A stretch of 64,000 bases of DNA from Clostridiales bacterium (GTDB lineage: Bacteria; Bacillota; Clostridia; Saccharofermentanales; DTU023), in the NCBI GenBank assembly GCA_028724525.1, contig JAQYCV010000014.1, positions 11,164 to 75,163 of the forward strand, given 5' to 3'. The notes beneath the pieces are model-generated. The model was given only the letters and a program-made list of their open reading frames with translations. It ran no database searches and was not told where the DNA came from. The position numbers were made by a program, and so were the translations under genes. Every line of letters starts with the position of its first letter. Position 1 is the first letter of the stretch. Of this stretch, positions 42,450-51,695 are shown piece after piece.

Positions 42450-43020
42450 TCTCCATTTTTCTTACAAGTTTGCAGATTTTGCACATCAAAATCGTTTGAA
42501 AGCCAAGATCAGTTGGATTCTCCTTAATAAATAGCCTAGCAACCCTGGTCATTATACATATATACACTTTGGCACCAGGGATTATACATTTAGAAGAACA
42601 GTAAGCAGGACGGGAACCTGCAAAACTTGCAAACTTGTAAGAAAATCCGGAAAGTTAAAAATATCCCGACCTTCTATCGGCCTAGCTGTGCCGAAAAAGG
42701 TTGGCAACCCCTGATTTGGCAGAATTGCTAACCAAAATCTCCTGCTAAGACGGCTCGGCCGGCCCGAAACAGGTTGGTAAAGTTCTGATTAAGAGGACTT
42801 GCCCCTCTCTATTTTGGATTTCTCAAATTTCAGACATATTTTCAAGTAATGGATGGATCCTAGAGTCCAAACCACCCATTACCTGCAGATTTGCCCTCGA
42901 GACCATCCACAAGTTGCAAACTTGTCCGTCGCGCCACCCATTAGTTGCAAAAATGCCGGAAAATCCGAAAAACCGAAGGAGCCTAGCCTCCAGCCGGCTG
43001 TCACTTGAAGGTTGGCACGC
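42450..43020. repeat. Non-coding region packed with short direct and inverted repeat words
   Basis: CTTACAAGTTTGCA (42461-42474) is the exact inverted copy of TGCAAACTTGTAAG (42628-42641). TTGCAAACTTGT recurs at 42914-42925. CCGAAAAAGGTTGGCAACCCCTGATT (42691-42716) and CCGAAACAGGTTGGTAAAGTTCTGATT (42764-42790) form a direct repeat, and GAAGGTTGGCAC recurs at 43007-43018. GAAAATCCG occurs twice. Confidence 0.6.
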
Positions 43021-43049
43021 CCGCAAGCCTGCGCACAAGCTCCAATATC

Positions 43050-43058
43050 TGCTATAAT
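43050..43058 (+). promoter_or_regulatory. Extended -10 promoter element of the SRP RNA gene
   Basis: TGcTATAAT at 43050-43058, 6-7 nt upstream of the predicted RNA 5' end. No good -35 element was seen. Confidence 0.55.
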
Positions 43059-43064
43059 CTTTAT

Positions 43065-43206
43065 TACTGCCGCGTCTGACCCGCAGCCATGCCGGTCCCG
43101 TGCGATACGGCCCGTGAACCCCGTCAGGTCTGAGAGGAAGCAGCGGTAAGCGGTCAACCGTAGGCGCCGCGGGTAACCGGGGGGCTGCGGCTCAGTTGCG
43201 GCAGTA
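43065..43206 (+). ncRNA. ffs: Signal recognition particle RNA (small/4.5S-like form)
   Basis: Conserved domain IV string GTGAACCCCGTCAGGTCTGAGAGGAAGCAGCGGTAAGC (43114-43150) matches the bacterial SRP RNA core (..GTCAGGTCCGGAAGGAAGCAGC..) with a GNRA-type loop. The 5' TACTGCCGC/CCGCAGCC pairs with the 3' GGCTGCGG/GCGGCAGTA, and a T-run follows at 43209-43214. The position immediately upstream of dnaX is classical in Firmicutes. Ends are approximate. Confidence 0.8.
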
Positions 43207-43229
43207 GCTTTTTTCCCTGGAGGTGCCCC

Positions 43230-45110
43230 TTGTCTCAGCTAGCTCTTTACCGCGCCTGGCGGCCCCAAACCTTTGATGAAATGGTGGCCCAGAAGCAGGT
43301 TGTTTTTCCCTTAAAACAAGCGGTTATCAGCGGGGATCTTGGGCATGCCTATCTTTTTGCAGGCACCCGGGGCACAGGCAAAACCTCCATGGCCAAGATT
43401 TTTGCCAAGGCAGTGAATTGCCTGCATCCTCAAGACGGCAACCCCTGTAATAGCTGTGCCATCTGCCAAGGGATTAATTCAGGTGCTCTCCTGGATGTCA
43501 TGGAAATTGACGCTGCTTCCCATAACTCAGTTGATAATATTCGCCGGCTTACGGACGAAGTCCGCTTTATGCCCTCGGAAGCCCGCTACAAGGTCTATAT
43601 CATTGACGAAGTCCATATGTTGTCGCAAGGGGCTTTTAATGCCCTCTTAAAGACCTTGGAAGAACCGCCTGCCCACGTCATTTTTATTCTGGCCACTACG
43701 GAAGTCCAGCGCATTCCTGCGACCATCCTCTCCCGATGCCAGCGTTTTGAATTCCGCCGCATCCCGGTGGAAGATATTTTTCACCGCCTGCAGGCCATTG
43801 CGCAAGCGGACCAAATCCAGGTCTCTGAGGAAGCCCTCCAACTCATGGCCCGCTTGGGTGACGGTGCCCTCAGAGATGCTATTTCCCTCCTAGACCAGGC
43901 CCAGGCTGGGATTAAGGGAGAAATTACGGAGACGGATGTCCTCAATTTAGCGGGACTGGTACAGGATGACTTTTTGGCTGACTTCTGCCAGCAGGTCTTG
44001 AGTGCAGACTTGCCCGCCTGCCTGGCCTCGCTTGACGAATTACAAATGTCAGGCCGTGACCTTCAGCGTTTCTTGCAAGACTTTCTCCGCTATCTCCGCG
44101 ATATCCTGGTTGTCAGCTTGGGCGGGGAGACCCACAAGCTTCTTACGGTGAGCCCCGCAGGTCTTAGACGTTTGCAAGACCAAGCCCGATTGACAACGAG
44201 TGAAGAAGTGATGGCTATGTTAGGCCGCCTGGCCCAGGTCAACAGTGACCTGCGCTGGTCGACAGACCCTCGGACCAGCTTGGAATTAGCATTTATTGGA
44301 GAAATTGCCCGCCGCCAGGTTAAGCCTGCCCCGGCGTCAGTGCCAGTGCCAAAGCCGGATCTGAATAAGTCCTCCAAATTATCGGAGCCTAGGGCTGTCT
44401 CAAGAGTGCCAGAGCCTCCGCCGGCTCAGATGCCAGCTAGGCCCAAAACGGTTGAGGCATCTGTTCCGGCCGCACCAGTTCCGGTCCCAGCCCCTCTTGC
44501 TTCAAAGCCAGAACCAGTGGCTCCAGAGCCAGTTGTCCCAGAAGAAGCTCTGCCCAAGTCGTCGGACCTATCCGAGACCATGCCTGCTCCACTAAAGCCA
44601 GAGCCCCCGGCTCCGCAGCTGGCAGAGTCCAATCCAAACCTGGATCCAGATCCAGATCCAGATCCAAAAATCGCCTGGAATCTTGTCTTAGACGGCCTCA
44701 GAGCACGCGACCGATACGATATTATCCTTTTGCTCCGACCTGCCCAAGTCAGCTGGAAGGGTGATCAGCTGGTCATCCACTACGCACAGGAACATAAGGC
44801 CCATGCCGCAGCCTTGCAAAGGCCAGAAAACCAGGAGGCCCTCCTAGATGCGATTTATGAGCTCATTCATACGCAAGGGCTGAGCCGGCCTCGTTTGCAA
44901 ATTGAATTGGCCGGAGAGGCTTTCACTGGGGAAAACCTCAACCCAGACGAACCCGTGTGGGTACAAAAATTACGTAAGGCTGGCGAGCACTTTCAGCAGC
45001 CCTTTGATCCGGCAGATGTGAAGCCAGCTGCGGCAAGAGACCCTCAAACAGACTGGTCTCCCCAGACCTACTACAACTTTCCGGATGGGGAAGATAAGCT
45101 GCCCTACTAG
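43230..45110 (+). CDS. dnaX: DNA polymerase III subunit gamma/tau
   Basis: N-terminus ALYRAWRPQTFDEMVAQ, Walker A GTRGTGKTS, zinc module CNSCAIC and IIDEVHML. The middle is proline-rich. TTG start lies behind GGAGGTG. Confidence 0.9.
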   Translation: MSQLALYRAWRPQTFDEMVAQKQVVFPLKQAVISGDLGHAYLFAGTRGTGKTSMAKIFAKAVNCLHPQDGNPCNSCAICQGINSGALLDVMEIDAASHNSVDNIRRLTDEVRFMPSEARYKVYIIDEVHMLSQGAFNALLKTLEEPPAHVIFILATTEVQRIPATILSRCQRFEFRRIPVEDIFHRLQAIAQADQIQVSEEALQLMARLGDGALRDAISLLDQAQAGIKGEITETDVLNLAGLVQDDFLADFCQQVLSADLPACLASLDELQMSGRDLQRFLQDFLRYLRDILVVSLGGETHKLLTVSPAGLRRLQDQARLTTSEEVMAMLGRLAQVNSDLRWSTDPRTSLELAFIGEIARRQVKPAPASVPVPKPDLNKSSKLSEPRAVSRVPEPPPAQMPARPKTVEASVPAAPVPVPAPLASKPEPVAPEPVVPEEALPKSSDLSETMPAPLKPEPPAPQLAESNPNLDPDPDPDPKIAWNLVLDGLRARDRYDIILLLRPAQVSWKGDQLVIHYAQEHKAHAAALQRPENQEALLDAIYELIHTQGLSRPRLQIELAGEAFTGENLNPDEPVWVQKLRKAGEHFQQPFDPADVKPAAARDPQTDWSPQTYYNFPDGEDKLPY

Positions 45111-45196
45111 CCGGGCAAGAACCCAGATCGGCCGCACTAAGGCGGAGAGAAGATCAATATTACCCCTAGCAAATCGCTAGCAGAAAGGAAAATTAG

Positions 45197-45553
45197 ATGG
45201 CCAAAGGTAGAAAATTCGGAGGCTTCCCTGGTGGAGGCAGTAATATGAACCAACTCATGCAGCAAGCCCAACGCTTGCAAAAACAAATGGCCGAAGCCCA
45301 AGAAGCAGCCACAGAATTTACAGGCGAAGCAGAAGTCGGCGGCGGCATGGTAAAAGTTGTGATCAATGCTGACCATCAAATTTCCAGCCTGGAGATTAAG
45401 CCCGAAGTGGTGGATCCCGAAGATATCGATATGCTGACCGACCTGATTACCGCAGCCGTCAACGAGGCGGTCCGCCAGTTGGACAGCAAGACTGAAGAAC
45501 ATATGAGTAAGGTAACCGGTGGCTTGGGCAACTTAGGGGGCTTTGGCTTCTAA
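45197..45553 (+). CDS. ybaB: YbaB/EbfC family nucleoid-associated protein
   Basis: 118 aa with NMNQLMQQAQRLQKQMAEAQEA and GGGMVKVVINADHQISSLEIKPEVVDPED, typical of YbaB. dnaX-ybaB-recR synteny. Confidence 0.9.
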   Translation: MAKGRKFGGFPGGGSNMNQLMQQAQRLQKQMAEAQEAATEFTGEAEVGGGMVKVVINADHQISSLEIKPEVVDPEDIDMLTDLITAAVNEAVRQLDSKTEEHMSKVTGGLGNLGGFGF

Positions 45554-46156
45554 ATGTCCGCCTACTCCCCCCTCATTGCCAATCTGATTCAGGCCCTGGG
45601 CAAGTTGCCAGGCATTGGCCGCAAAACAGCCCAGCGCTTGGCCTTCCATATTTTGGATGCCCCGGCTGAAGAAGCGGAAGCTCTGGCCCAGGCGATATTG
45701 CAAGCCAAGAAGGGCATCCAGCTCTGCGCCGAATGCTGCAATTTTACAGAAAATGAAGTGTGTGAAATTTGCGGTAATCCCAAACGTGACCGCACAACCA
45801 TTTGTGTTGTCGAAAGTCCCCGGGATTTGGCCGCTATGGAACGCATCCACGAGTATAAGGGCCTCTATCATGTTCTACATGGGGTGATCTCCCCCATGCA
45901 AAATCAAGGCCCCGAAAGTCTTAAGTTAAGGGAACTCTTAAGCCGCTTGCAAAATCATCCCGAGGTGACAGAAGTTATCTTGGCGACCAACTCCAGTGTA
46001 GAAGGTGAAGCCACGGCTCTCTATGTGGCCCGCCTCTTAAAACCCTCTGGCATACGGTGCACCCGGATTGCCCATGGCTTGCCTATGGGGTCAGATATTG
46101 AGTATGCAGATGAAGTGACCCTAGCCAGGGCGCTGACCGGTCGGACTGATCTTTAG
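45554..46156 (+). CDS. recR: Recombination protein RecR
   Basis: 200 aa with LIQALGKLPGIGRKTAQRLAFH (HhH), zinc finger CAECCNFTENEVCEIC and a Toprim region. Confidence 0.9.
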   Translation: MSAYSPLIANLIQALGKLPGIGRKTAQRLAFHILDAPAEEAEALAQAILQAKKGIQLCAECCNFTENEVCEICGNPKRDRTTICVVESPRDLAAMERIHEYKGLYHVLHGVISPMQNQGPESLKLRELLSRLQNHPEVTEVILATNSSVEGEATALYVARLLKPSGIRCTRIAHGLPMGSDIEYADEVTLARALTGRTDL

Positions 46157-46356
46157 TTTTCCTGGTCCTCCTCTGCCTTGCTGGCATTGCCATCCCAGCC
46201 GGCCTTCAACTCAAAAGGAATTTTGCGCTCCCGCACTACGGCGCGGGCGAAAACATTGAAGGCGGTGGTGGTATTGAGACCTATTTCACAGCAAAGATCG
46301 TCAAATTCTTGCTTTAGGTCCTCATCCATACGAAAGCTATAGGTTGCTTGTGCCAT
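46153..46356 (-). CDS. RelB/DinJ-family type II antitoxin (no adjacent toxin gene)
   Basis: MAQATYSFRMDEDLKQEFDDLCCEIGLNTTTAFNVFARAVVRERKIPFEL is the ribbon-helix-helix DinJ/RelB pattern. Start moved to ATG 46356 behind GAGGAGG. The 3' end overlaps the recR stop by 4 nt in convergent orientation. Confidence 0.7.
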   Translation of the reverse strand: MAQATYSFRMDEDLKQEFDDLCCEIGLNTTTAFNVFARAVVRERKIPFELKAGWDGNASKAEEDQEN

Positions 46357-46551
46357 AGTTTTGACCTCCTCGCAATCAAAGCTAGCTAATATTATCCTCA
46401 ATATAGCTAGTACTTAAAGTTTATGCGCTTTTTGGATAAAAGCAACTAAAATAATAGTGTATTTTAATGAATAGTAGCTGGCGAGATTTCGCTCTCACGG
46501 ATGGAAAATGCTTACTCAGCTACCAAGCTAGAAAAGAAAAGAAGGATAAAT

Positions 46552-47388
46552 ATGAGAATTATTTCTTGGAATATAGATTCCCTTAATGCCGCTTTAACCT
46601 CAGACTCTGCCCGGGCGGTTCTAAGCAGACAGGTTCTGGACTCTATTCAGGCCTTAGATGCAGATATTATCGCCCTGCAAGAAACTAAGCTACCAGTAGC
46701 AGGGCCTAGTAAGAAGCACTTGGACCTCCTCCAGGAAAGATTCCCCCATTATGGCCTGGCTTGGGATTCCTCTCAGCCGCCCGCCCGCAAAGGTTATGCC
46801 GGAACCCTCTTCCTCTATAAAAATGGGCAGGAGCCTCTGGTCACCACACCGGCCATAGGGGCCCCGGAGCCTATGGATGCCGAAGGCCGCTTGATTACCC
46901 TCGAGTTTCCTGACTGCTATGTCAACCAGGTCTATACCCCCAATGCGGGAGACCAACTCTTGCGCCTGACCGACCGCCAGGCTTGGGACCTTGCCTATGC
47001 GGACTATCTTGCGGGGCTGGACCAGAACAAGCCGGTTATTGCCATGGGTGACTATAATGTGGCCCACCAAGAAATTGACCTGGCTAATCCAGAAGCCAAC
47101 CGTTTTTCGGCAGGGTTCACCGATGAAGAGCGAGAGGGTTTTACCAATCTTCTGAAACGGGGCTTCACAGACTGCTTCCGCCACCTGCATGGACCGGTAG
47201 AAGGGGTCTACACCTGGTGGGCCCAACGGGTGAGGACTTCAAAAATCAACAACTCAGGCTGGAGGATTGACTACTTCCTGGTGAGTGACCGCCTAGCGGA
47301 CAAGATCACGGCCTGCGAGATGATCGACTCTGGGACCCGTCAAGACCACACGCCGATCCTTTTAGATCTAGACCTAGCCGGATTCTAA
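46552..47388 (+). CDS. xth: Exodeoxyribonuclease III
   Basis: MRIISWNIDSLNAAL, IIALQETK, GDYNVAHQEIDL and DHTPILLDL, typical of Xth/ExoA. Start moved to ATG 46552 (AGAAGGATAAAT upstream). Confidence 0.85.
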   Translation: MRIISWNIDSLNAALTSDSARAVLSRQVLDSIQALDADIIALQETKLPVAGPSKKHLDLLQERFPHYGLAWDSSQPPARKGYAGTLFLYKNGQEPLVTTPAIGAPEPMDAEGRLITLEFPDCYVNQVYTPNAGDQLLRLTDRQAWDLAYADYLAGLDQNKPVIAMGDYNVAHQEIDLANPEANRFSAGFTDEEREGFTNLLKRGFTDCFRHLHGPVEGVYTWWAQRVRTSKINNSGWRIDYFLVSDRLADKITACEMIDSGTRQDHTPILLDLDLAGF

Positions 47389-47466
47389 GCCTGACCTATT
47401 GGAGAAATCCGTTCAGATTCGCAGGGTAAACTAATTTTGGTGCTTTGCTCCGCCTCTGGGCGCAAG

Positions 47467-48135
47467 CTAATTTTGGGTTGCCTGTTCCAACTGCTCCAGC
47501 TTTTTTGCCTCTTTTTTCGCGCCAGCCAAGACCAGGGTGTCGCTTTCTTCTATCACGTGGTCGGCTAAACCCGAGATAATGGCATGGCCCTGGTTGCGAA
47601 TCGCTACCGCGTTGAGGTGATATTTATTGCGGAAATTCAACTGGGATAAAGTTTGTCCCCACCAGGCCTTGAGGGCCTTTAATTCGAACATGGTATAGTC
47701 TTCGGAATAGTTAATATAGTCGGTAATATTAGAGCCCGCCAGACTGCGGGCTAGACGTTGTCCTATCTCTATCTCGGGGAAGATAATTTGGTCAGCCCCT
47801 AGTTTGGTTAAAACCTTAGCCTGAGTGACGGAAGAGGCTTTGGCGATGATCCGGGGGATATCATGGTCTTTGGCCGCCAAAGTGGCCATAATGGAGGATT
47901 CCAGGTCTGAGCCAATGGCCACCACCGCCACATCAAAGATGCCAATACCCAGCTCTTTAACCGCCTCCTCGTCCATGAGGTCACATTGGACCGCATTTGT
48001 GACATGGTTGGCCAGGTCTTCAATTCGCTCATAGTCCTTGTCTACAATCATGACCTCTAGGCCTTCATCAAATAACTTTTTGGCTAGAGCAGAGCCGAAA
48101 CGGCCCGCGCCAAAAACGATGACATTATTCTTCAT
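47467..48135 (-). CDS. TrkA/KtrA-family potassium uptake protein (NAD-binding regulatory subunit)
   Basis: 222 aa with Rossmann motif VIVFGAGRFGSALAKKL followed by a TrkA-C domain. Confidence 0.85.
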   Translation of the reverse strand: MKNNVIVFGAGRFGSALAKKLFDEGLEVMIVDKDYERIEDLANHVTNAVQCDLMDEEAVKELGIGIFDVAVVAIGSDLESSIMATLAAKDHDIPRIIAKASSVTQAKVLTKLGADQIIFPEIEIGQRLARSLAGSNITDYINYSEDYTMFELKALKAWWGQTLSQLNFRNKYHLNAVAIRNQGHAIISGLADHVIEESDTLVLAGAKKEAKKLEQLEQATQN

Positions 48136-48148
48136 AAATTCCTCCTAC

Positions 48149-49519
48149 TTAGCCTACCAGGATATTAGCTTCAGGCAGGCGGATCTTGGAATGTTTATTG
48201 CGGTTGGCGATGGCAAAGCCCAAGGTTAAGGGGCCCACCCGGCCTGCGTACATGGTCAAGACAATCATGATCTTGCCAAAAGCGCTGAGATGAGGGGTGA
48301 CGCCAATGCTGAGGCCTACAGTGCCGTAGGCCGAAATGGTCTCGAAAACTAGGTCTAAGAATTTTTGCGCCTCGGTGATGGTCAGAACAAAGGACACGAG
48401 GAGGACCAAAATAATTCCCACCACAATCAGGGAGAGGGCCCGGCGGATGGTTTTCGACCCTAGGTGCTTGTTAAAAATGGTCGGCTCATGCTGGCCCTTG
48501 ATGGTTGCGTAAGTGGTAATCAGGAGGACCCCAAAGGTGGTCGTTTTCAATCCGCCTGCTGTAGAGCCCGGAGAGCCGCCAATAAACATGAGAATCATCA
48601 TGAGGAAGCAGGTTTCATCACGGAGGCCCAGCATGGGTACAGAATAGAAACCGGCCGTCCGGCTGATCACCGAATGGAAAAAGGAGGCTTGGACCTTTAC
48701 AGGGAAACTCTCAAGCAAGAGGGTGCCTGGATTGGTGTACTCCATGGCCAAAAAGCCCACCGCTCCAATTAGGATGAGGCTGGCCGAGAGGATAATGACT
48801 AATTTACTGTGGATGGACAGCAGCTTAAATTTCCGTTTTTGCCAAATTTCCTGGGTGACTAAAAAGCCCAAACCACCAATCACCACCAGAGCCATAAGGG
48901 TCCAGTTGACCACAGGGTCACCCCTCCAGGGATAAATGGAGTCGCCTAAGATATCAAAGCCCGCATTACAAAAGGCGGAGATGGCATGAAAGATAGCCTG
49001 CCAGGTCCCCAGGAGCCAGCCAGACTGCGGGATAAAGCGGGTGGCTAAGAGGACAGTGCCCAAGCCTTCAATGAGGAGGGTAAAGCGGACGACGTACTTC
49101 AGGAGGCGGATGATGCCGGACAGGCTGTCTAAATTCAGCTGCTCCTTTAAGATCTGCCGGCTCTTTAAACCTATTTTTTTACCCATGACCATGGGGACTA
49201 GGGTGGCCAGGGTCATAATACCCAAGCCCCCTGCCTGAATCAGGCAGAGGATGATGATCTGCCCTGCCAAATTAAAGCTGTTGGCCGTATTCACCACAGT
49301 CAGTCCTGTGACACAGGAAGCAGAAGTGGAGGTGAAGAGGGCGTTCAAAAAGCCAATAGACTTGCCTTCCTGGGTGACCCAGGGCAGGGTCAAAAGCACA
49401 GCCCCAACCAAGACAAGGCCCGCAAAACCCAATAAAAGGATTAAAGGAGGATTGAGCTGGAGCGAGTCTAAATAGGCCCGCCAAGGCTTATGGGATGCCG
49501 TATGGCTCTTTTGCCCCAT
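48149..49519 (-). CDS. TrkH/KtrB-family potassium transporter membrane subunit
   Basis: 456-aa polytopic protein with repeated selectivity-filter-like segments (SASCVTGL, CNAGFD, SRTAGF, AYGTVGLS). It sits directly upstream of the TrkA-like gene. Confidence 0.85.
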   Translation of the reverse strand: MGQKSHTASHKPWRAYLDSLQLNPPLILLLGFAGLVLVGAVLLTLPWVTQEGKSIGFLNALFTSTSASCVTGLTVVNTANSFNLAGQIIILCLIQAGGLGIMTLATLVPMVMGKKIGLKSRQILKEQLNLDSLSGIIRLLKYVVRFTLLIEGLGTVLLATRFIPQSGWLLGTWQAIFHAISAFCNAGFDILGDSIYPWRGDPVVNWTLMALVVIGGLGFLVTQEIWQKRKFKLLSIHSKLVIILSASLILIGAVGFLAMEYTNPGTLLLESFPVKVQASFFHSVISRTAGFYSVPMLGLRDETCFLMMILMFIGGSPGSTAGGLKTTTFGVLLITTYATIKGQHEPTIFNKHLGSKTIRRALSLIVVGIILVLLVSFVLTITEAQKFLDLVFETISAYGTVGLSIGVTPHLSAFGKIMIVLTMYAGRVGPLTLGFAIANRNKHSKIRLPEANILVG

Positions 49520-49525
49520 ACAATA

Positions 49526-49933
49526 TTAGGCCTGGGGATGGAGCTCGTAAGTCGTGGTAATTTTGGCGACCTGGGCAATCATCTCATGGACGGAGCAGTA
49601 TTGGCCGGCCAGGTCGACAGCCCGGGCAAATTTATTGTCCTGCTTGGGGGCGACCCCATAGAAATCCAGCTTGACTTCCACCCATTCCAGAGTTGTGGGG
49701 ACTTCTTGCCGCTTCGCGCCTCGAATATCAATTTCCACTTTTTCATATTCCAGACGCATCTTTTCGGCTATGCCCAAAAAGGTGGCATAGAAGCAGGAAC
49801 CCAGAGCCCCTAAAACCATGTCATAGGGCAGCAGGTCACCTGGCTGAGACCCTATCGGGAATTCACCCAGTTTTGTTTGCAAGTTGCCGGCAAATTCCTG
49901 CGAAAAATTTAAATTAACGTGTTGAGTTTCCAT
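49526..49933 (-). CDS. OsmC/Ohr-family protein
   Basis: 135 aa from METQHVNLNF..., with LGALGSCFYATF and AGQYCSVHEMI (the two conserved Cys regions of OsmC-like proteins). Start set to ATG 49933 behind GAGGGAG. The longer track ORF (to 50143) overlaps the amylase promoter and gene start. Confidence 0.75.
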   Translation of the reverse strand: METQHVNLNFSQEFAGNLQTKLGEFPIGSQPGDLLPYDMVLGALGSCFYATFLGIAEKMRLEYEKVEIDIRGAKRQEVPTTLEWVEVKLDFYGVAPKQDNKFARAVDLAGQYCSVHEMIAQVAKITTTYELHPQA

Positions 49934-50080
49934 AAAAAGCTCCCTCTTGTCGTCTTCATCAGCCTGTGGCTTAATAAATGTTACAGCTATTATATAACAT
50001 GGCAGGGCCTTACTTGTGCCAGAAGACCCTCCGCCTGCATCTGTCACTTTTGCGACACATATTAGGAGTACACTTGAGCG

Positions 50081-51538
50081 ATGAATGGTCTCATGTTTCA
50101 AGCATTTGAATGGGATTTGCCGGCCGATGCCCAGCATTGGCAAAGGCTAAAGGGGGCCGCGCCGGAATTGCAAGAATATGGCGTGGACAGCCTCTGGTTG
50201 CCGCCTGCCCACAAGGGTGTTTCGCGGGAAGATGTGGGCTATGGCTCCTATGACCTCTACGATCTGGGCGAGTTCGACCAAAAAAATACCGTGGCCACCA
50301 AATACGGGACCGTAGAGGAGCTGGCCGATCTTCTCGCCAGCCTCCACGCCCGTGGCATGCGGGCCTATGCCGACATTGTCCTCAACCACAAGGGGGGTGC
50401 GGATGCGACCGAAAGCTTCTTTGCCACCCCGGTCGATCCAGAAAACCGCCTGGCTCCTCTTGGAGAAAGTCGGGAGATTGAGGGCTGGACCCAATTCACT
50501 TTCCCTGGACGCCAGGGCAAGTATTCCCCCTTTATTTGGCACTTCAACCACTTCACCGGGGTCGACTTCGACCAACGCACGGGCGAAAAGGGCATTTTCC
50601 GTATTGAAGGGGAAGATGCGGGCTTTTCCCAGCAGGTAGACCAGGAAAAGGGCAACTTTGACTATCTCATGAATGCCGATGTGGACGTGGATAATCCGGA
50701 TGTCCGGGCCGAGCTCTTCCGCTGGGGTAAGTGGTTCTTTGACCGCCTGCCCTTCGATGGGATGCGGATGGACGCCATTAAGCATATAGATAGTGGCTTT
50801 ATGCATGACTTTGTCCTGGAAATGCAAGACCAGGTGGACCGCGACCTCTATGTGGTAGGGGAATATTGGACGGCCAGTTTGGAAACCCTGCATCACTATC
50901 TGGACCAGGTATCCTACCAGCTTGACCTCTTTGATGTCCCCCTCCACTTCAAGTTTTTCCAGGCCGGCCAAGACAAAGAAAATTTCGACCTCAGGACCCT
51001 TTTTGACGATACACTTGTGGCTAGCAAGCCCCAGCAAGCGGTGACCTTTGTCGACAACCACGACTCTCAGCCCGGCCAGTCTCTGGAATCCTTTGTGGAC
51101 GACGGCTTCAAAATCCAGGCCTACGCTTTAATTTTGCTCCGCCAAGATGGCTACCCCTGCCTCTTCTACGGGGATTACTACGGCATTGGAGGAGGGCCCG
51201 GCCGGGAAGAAGCCTTAAACCCTCTGCTCCTAGCCCGCAAGGACCGGGCCTATGGAGAGCAAATAGACAAGTTCTTTGACCCCAACTGCATTGCCTTTGC
51301 CCGCCTGGGCGATGCAGACCACCTCCACTCTGGACTGGTGTGCCTGGTCTCTAACGGCTATGCCCCCGAGGGTTACCATTGCCGCATGGAGCTCGGGCCG
51401 GACCGAGCCGGCCAAGTCTTTTATGATGCCACGGGCCGGCAAGAAGGCACCCTCACCCTAGACGACCAGGGCGGCGCCGAATTTTTCGTCGGCGAGAACA
51501 GCCTGGCTGTCTGGGTCGAGGAAGAAAACCGGACTTGA
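50081..51538 (+). CDS. Cytoplasmic alpha-amylase (GH13)
   Basis: MNGLMFQAFEWDLP, with no signal peptide. GH13 regions DIVLNHKGG, GMRMDAIKHI, VGEYW and FVDNHDSQPGQ. Confidence 0.85.
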   Translation: MNGLMFQAFEWDLPADAQHWQRLKGAAPELQEYGVDSLWLPPAHKGVSREDVGYGSYDLYDLGEFDQKNTVATKYGTVEELADLLASLHARGMRAYADIVLNHKGGADATESFFATPVDPENRLAPLGESREIEGWTQFTFPGRQGKYSPFIWHFNHFTGVDFDQRTGEKGIFRIEGEDAGFSQQVDQEKGNFDYLMNADVDVDNPDVRAELFRWGKWFFDRLPFDGMRMDAIKHIDSGFMHDFVLEMQDQVDRDLYVVGEYWTASLETLHHYLDQVSYQLDLFDVPLHFKFFQAGQDKENFDLRTLFDDTLVASKPQQAVTFVDNHDSQPGQSLESFVDDGFKIQAYALILLRQDGYPCLFYGDYYGIGGGPGREEALNPLLLARKDRAYGEQIDKFFDPNCIAFARLGDADHLHSGLVCLVSNGYAPEGYHCRMELGPDRAGQVFYDATGRQEGTLTLDDQGGAEFFVGENSLAVWVEEENRT

Positions 51539-51695
51539 AATGAAAGACCGCTATCATGACAAATCCGATTTTTCCTCAATGGATAGCAATCATCATGCAT
51601 TAATAAATATAGAAACTCTAAATAAGACAAACTTGTTTTCGTTATTATCATTAGATAGATGAGCCGTAAGGGATATGCGAATGGAAGGAGATATT

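Noticed and set aside
42823-43157. Track ORFs 42823-43038 and 42879-43157 (minus strand).
   Set aside because: They overlap the repeat region and the SRP RNA gene and its promoter. They have no RBS, and their translations are Cys/Arg/Gly-rich, typical of non-coding GC-rich DNA.
49934-50143. N-terminal 70 codons of track ORF 49526-50143 (205 aa).
   Set aside because: The OsmC-like domain starts at METQH (ATG 49933) with a GAGGGAG RBS. The extension overlaps the divergent amylase gene start and has no family similarity.
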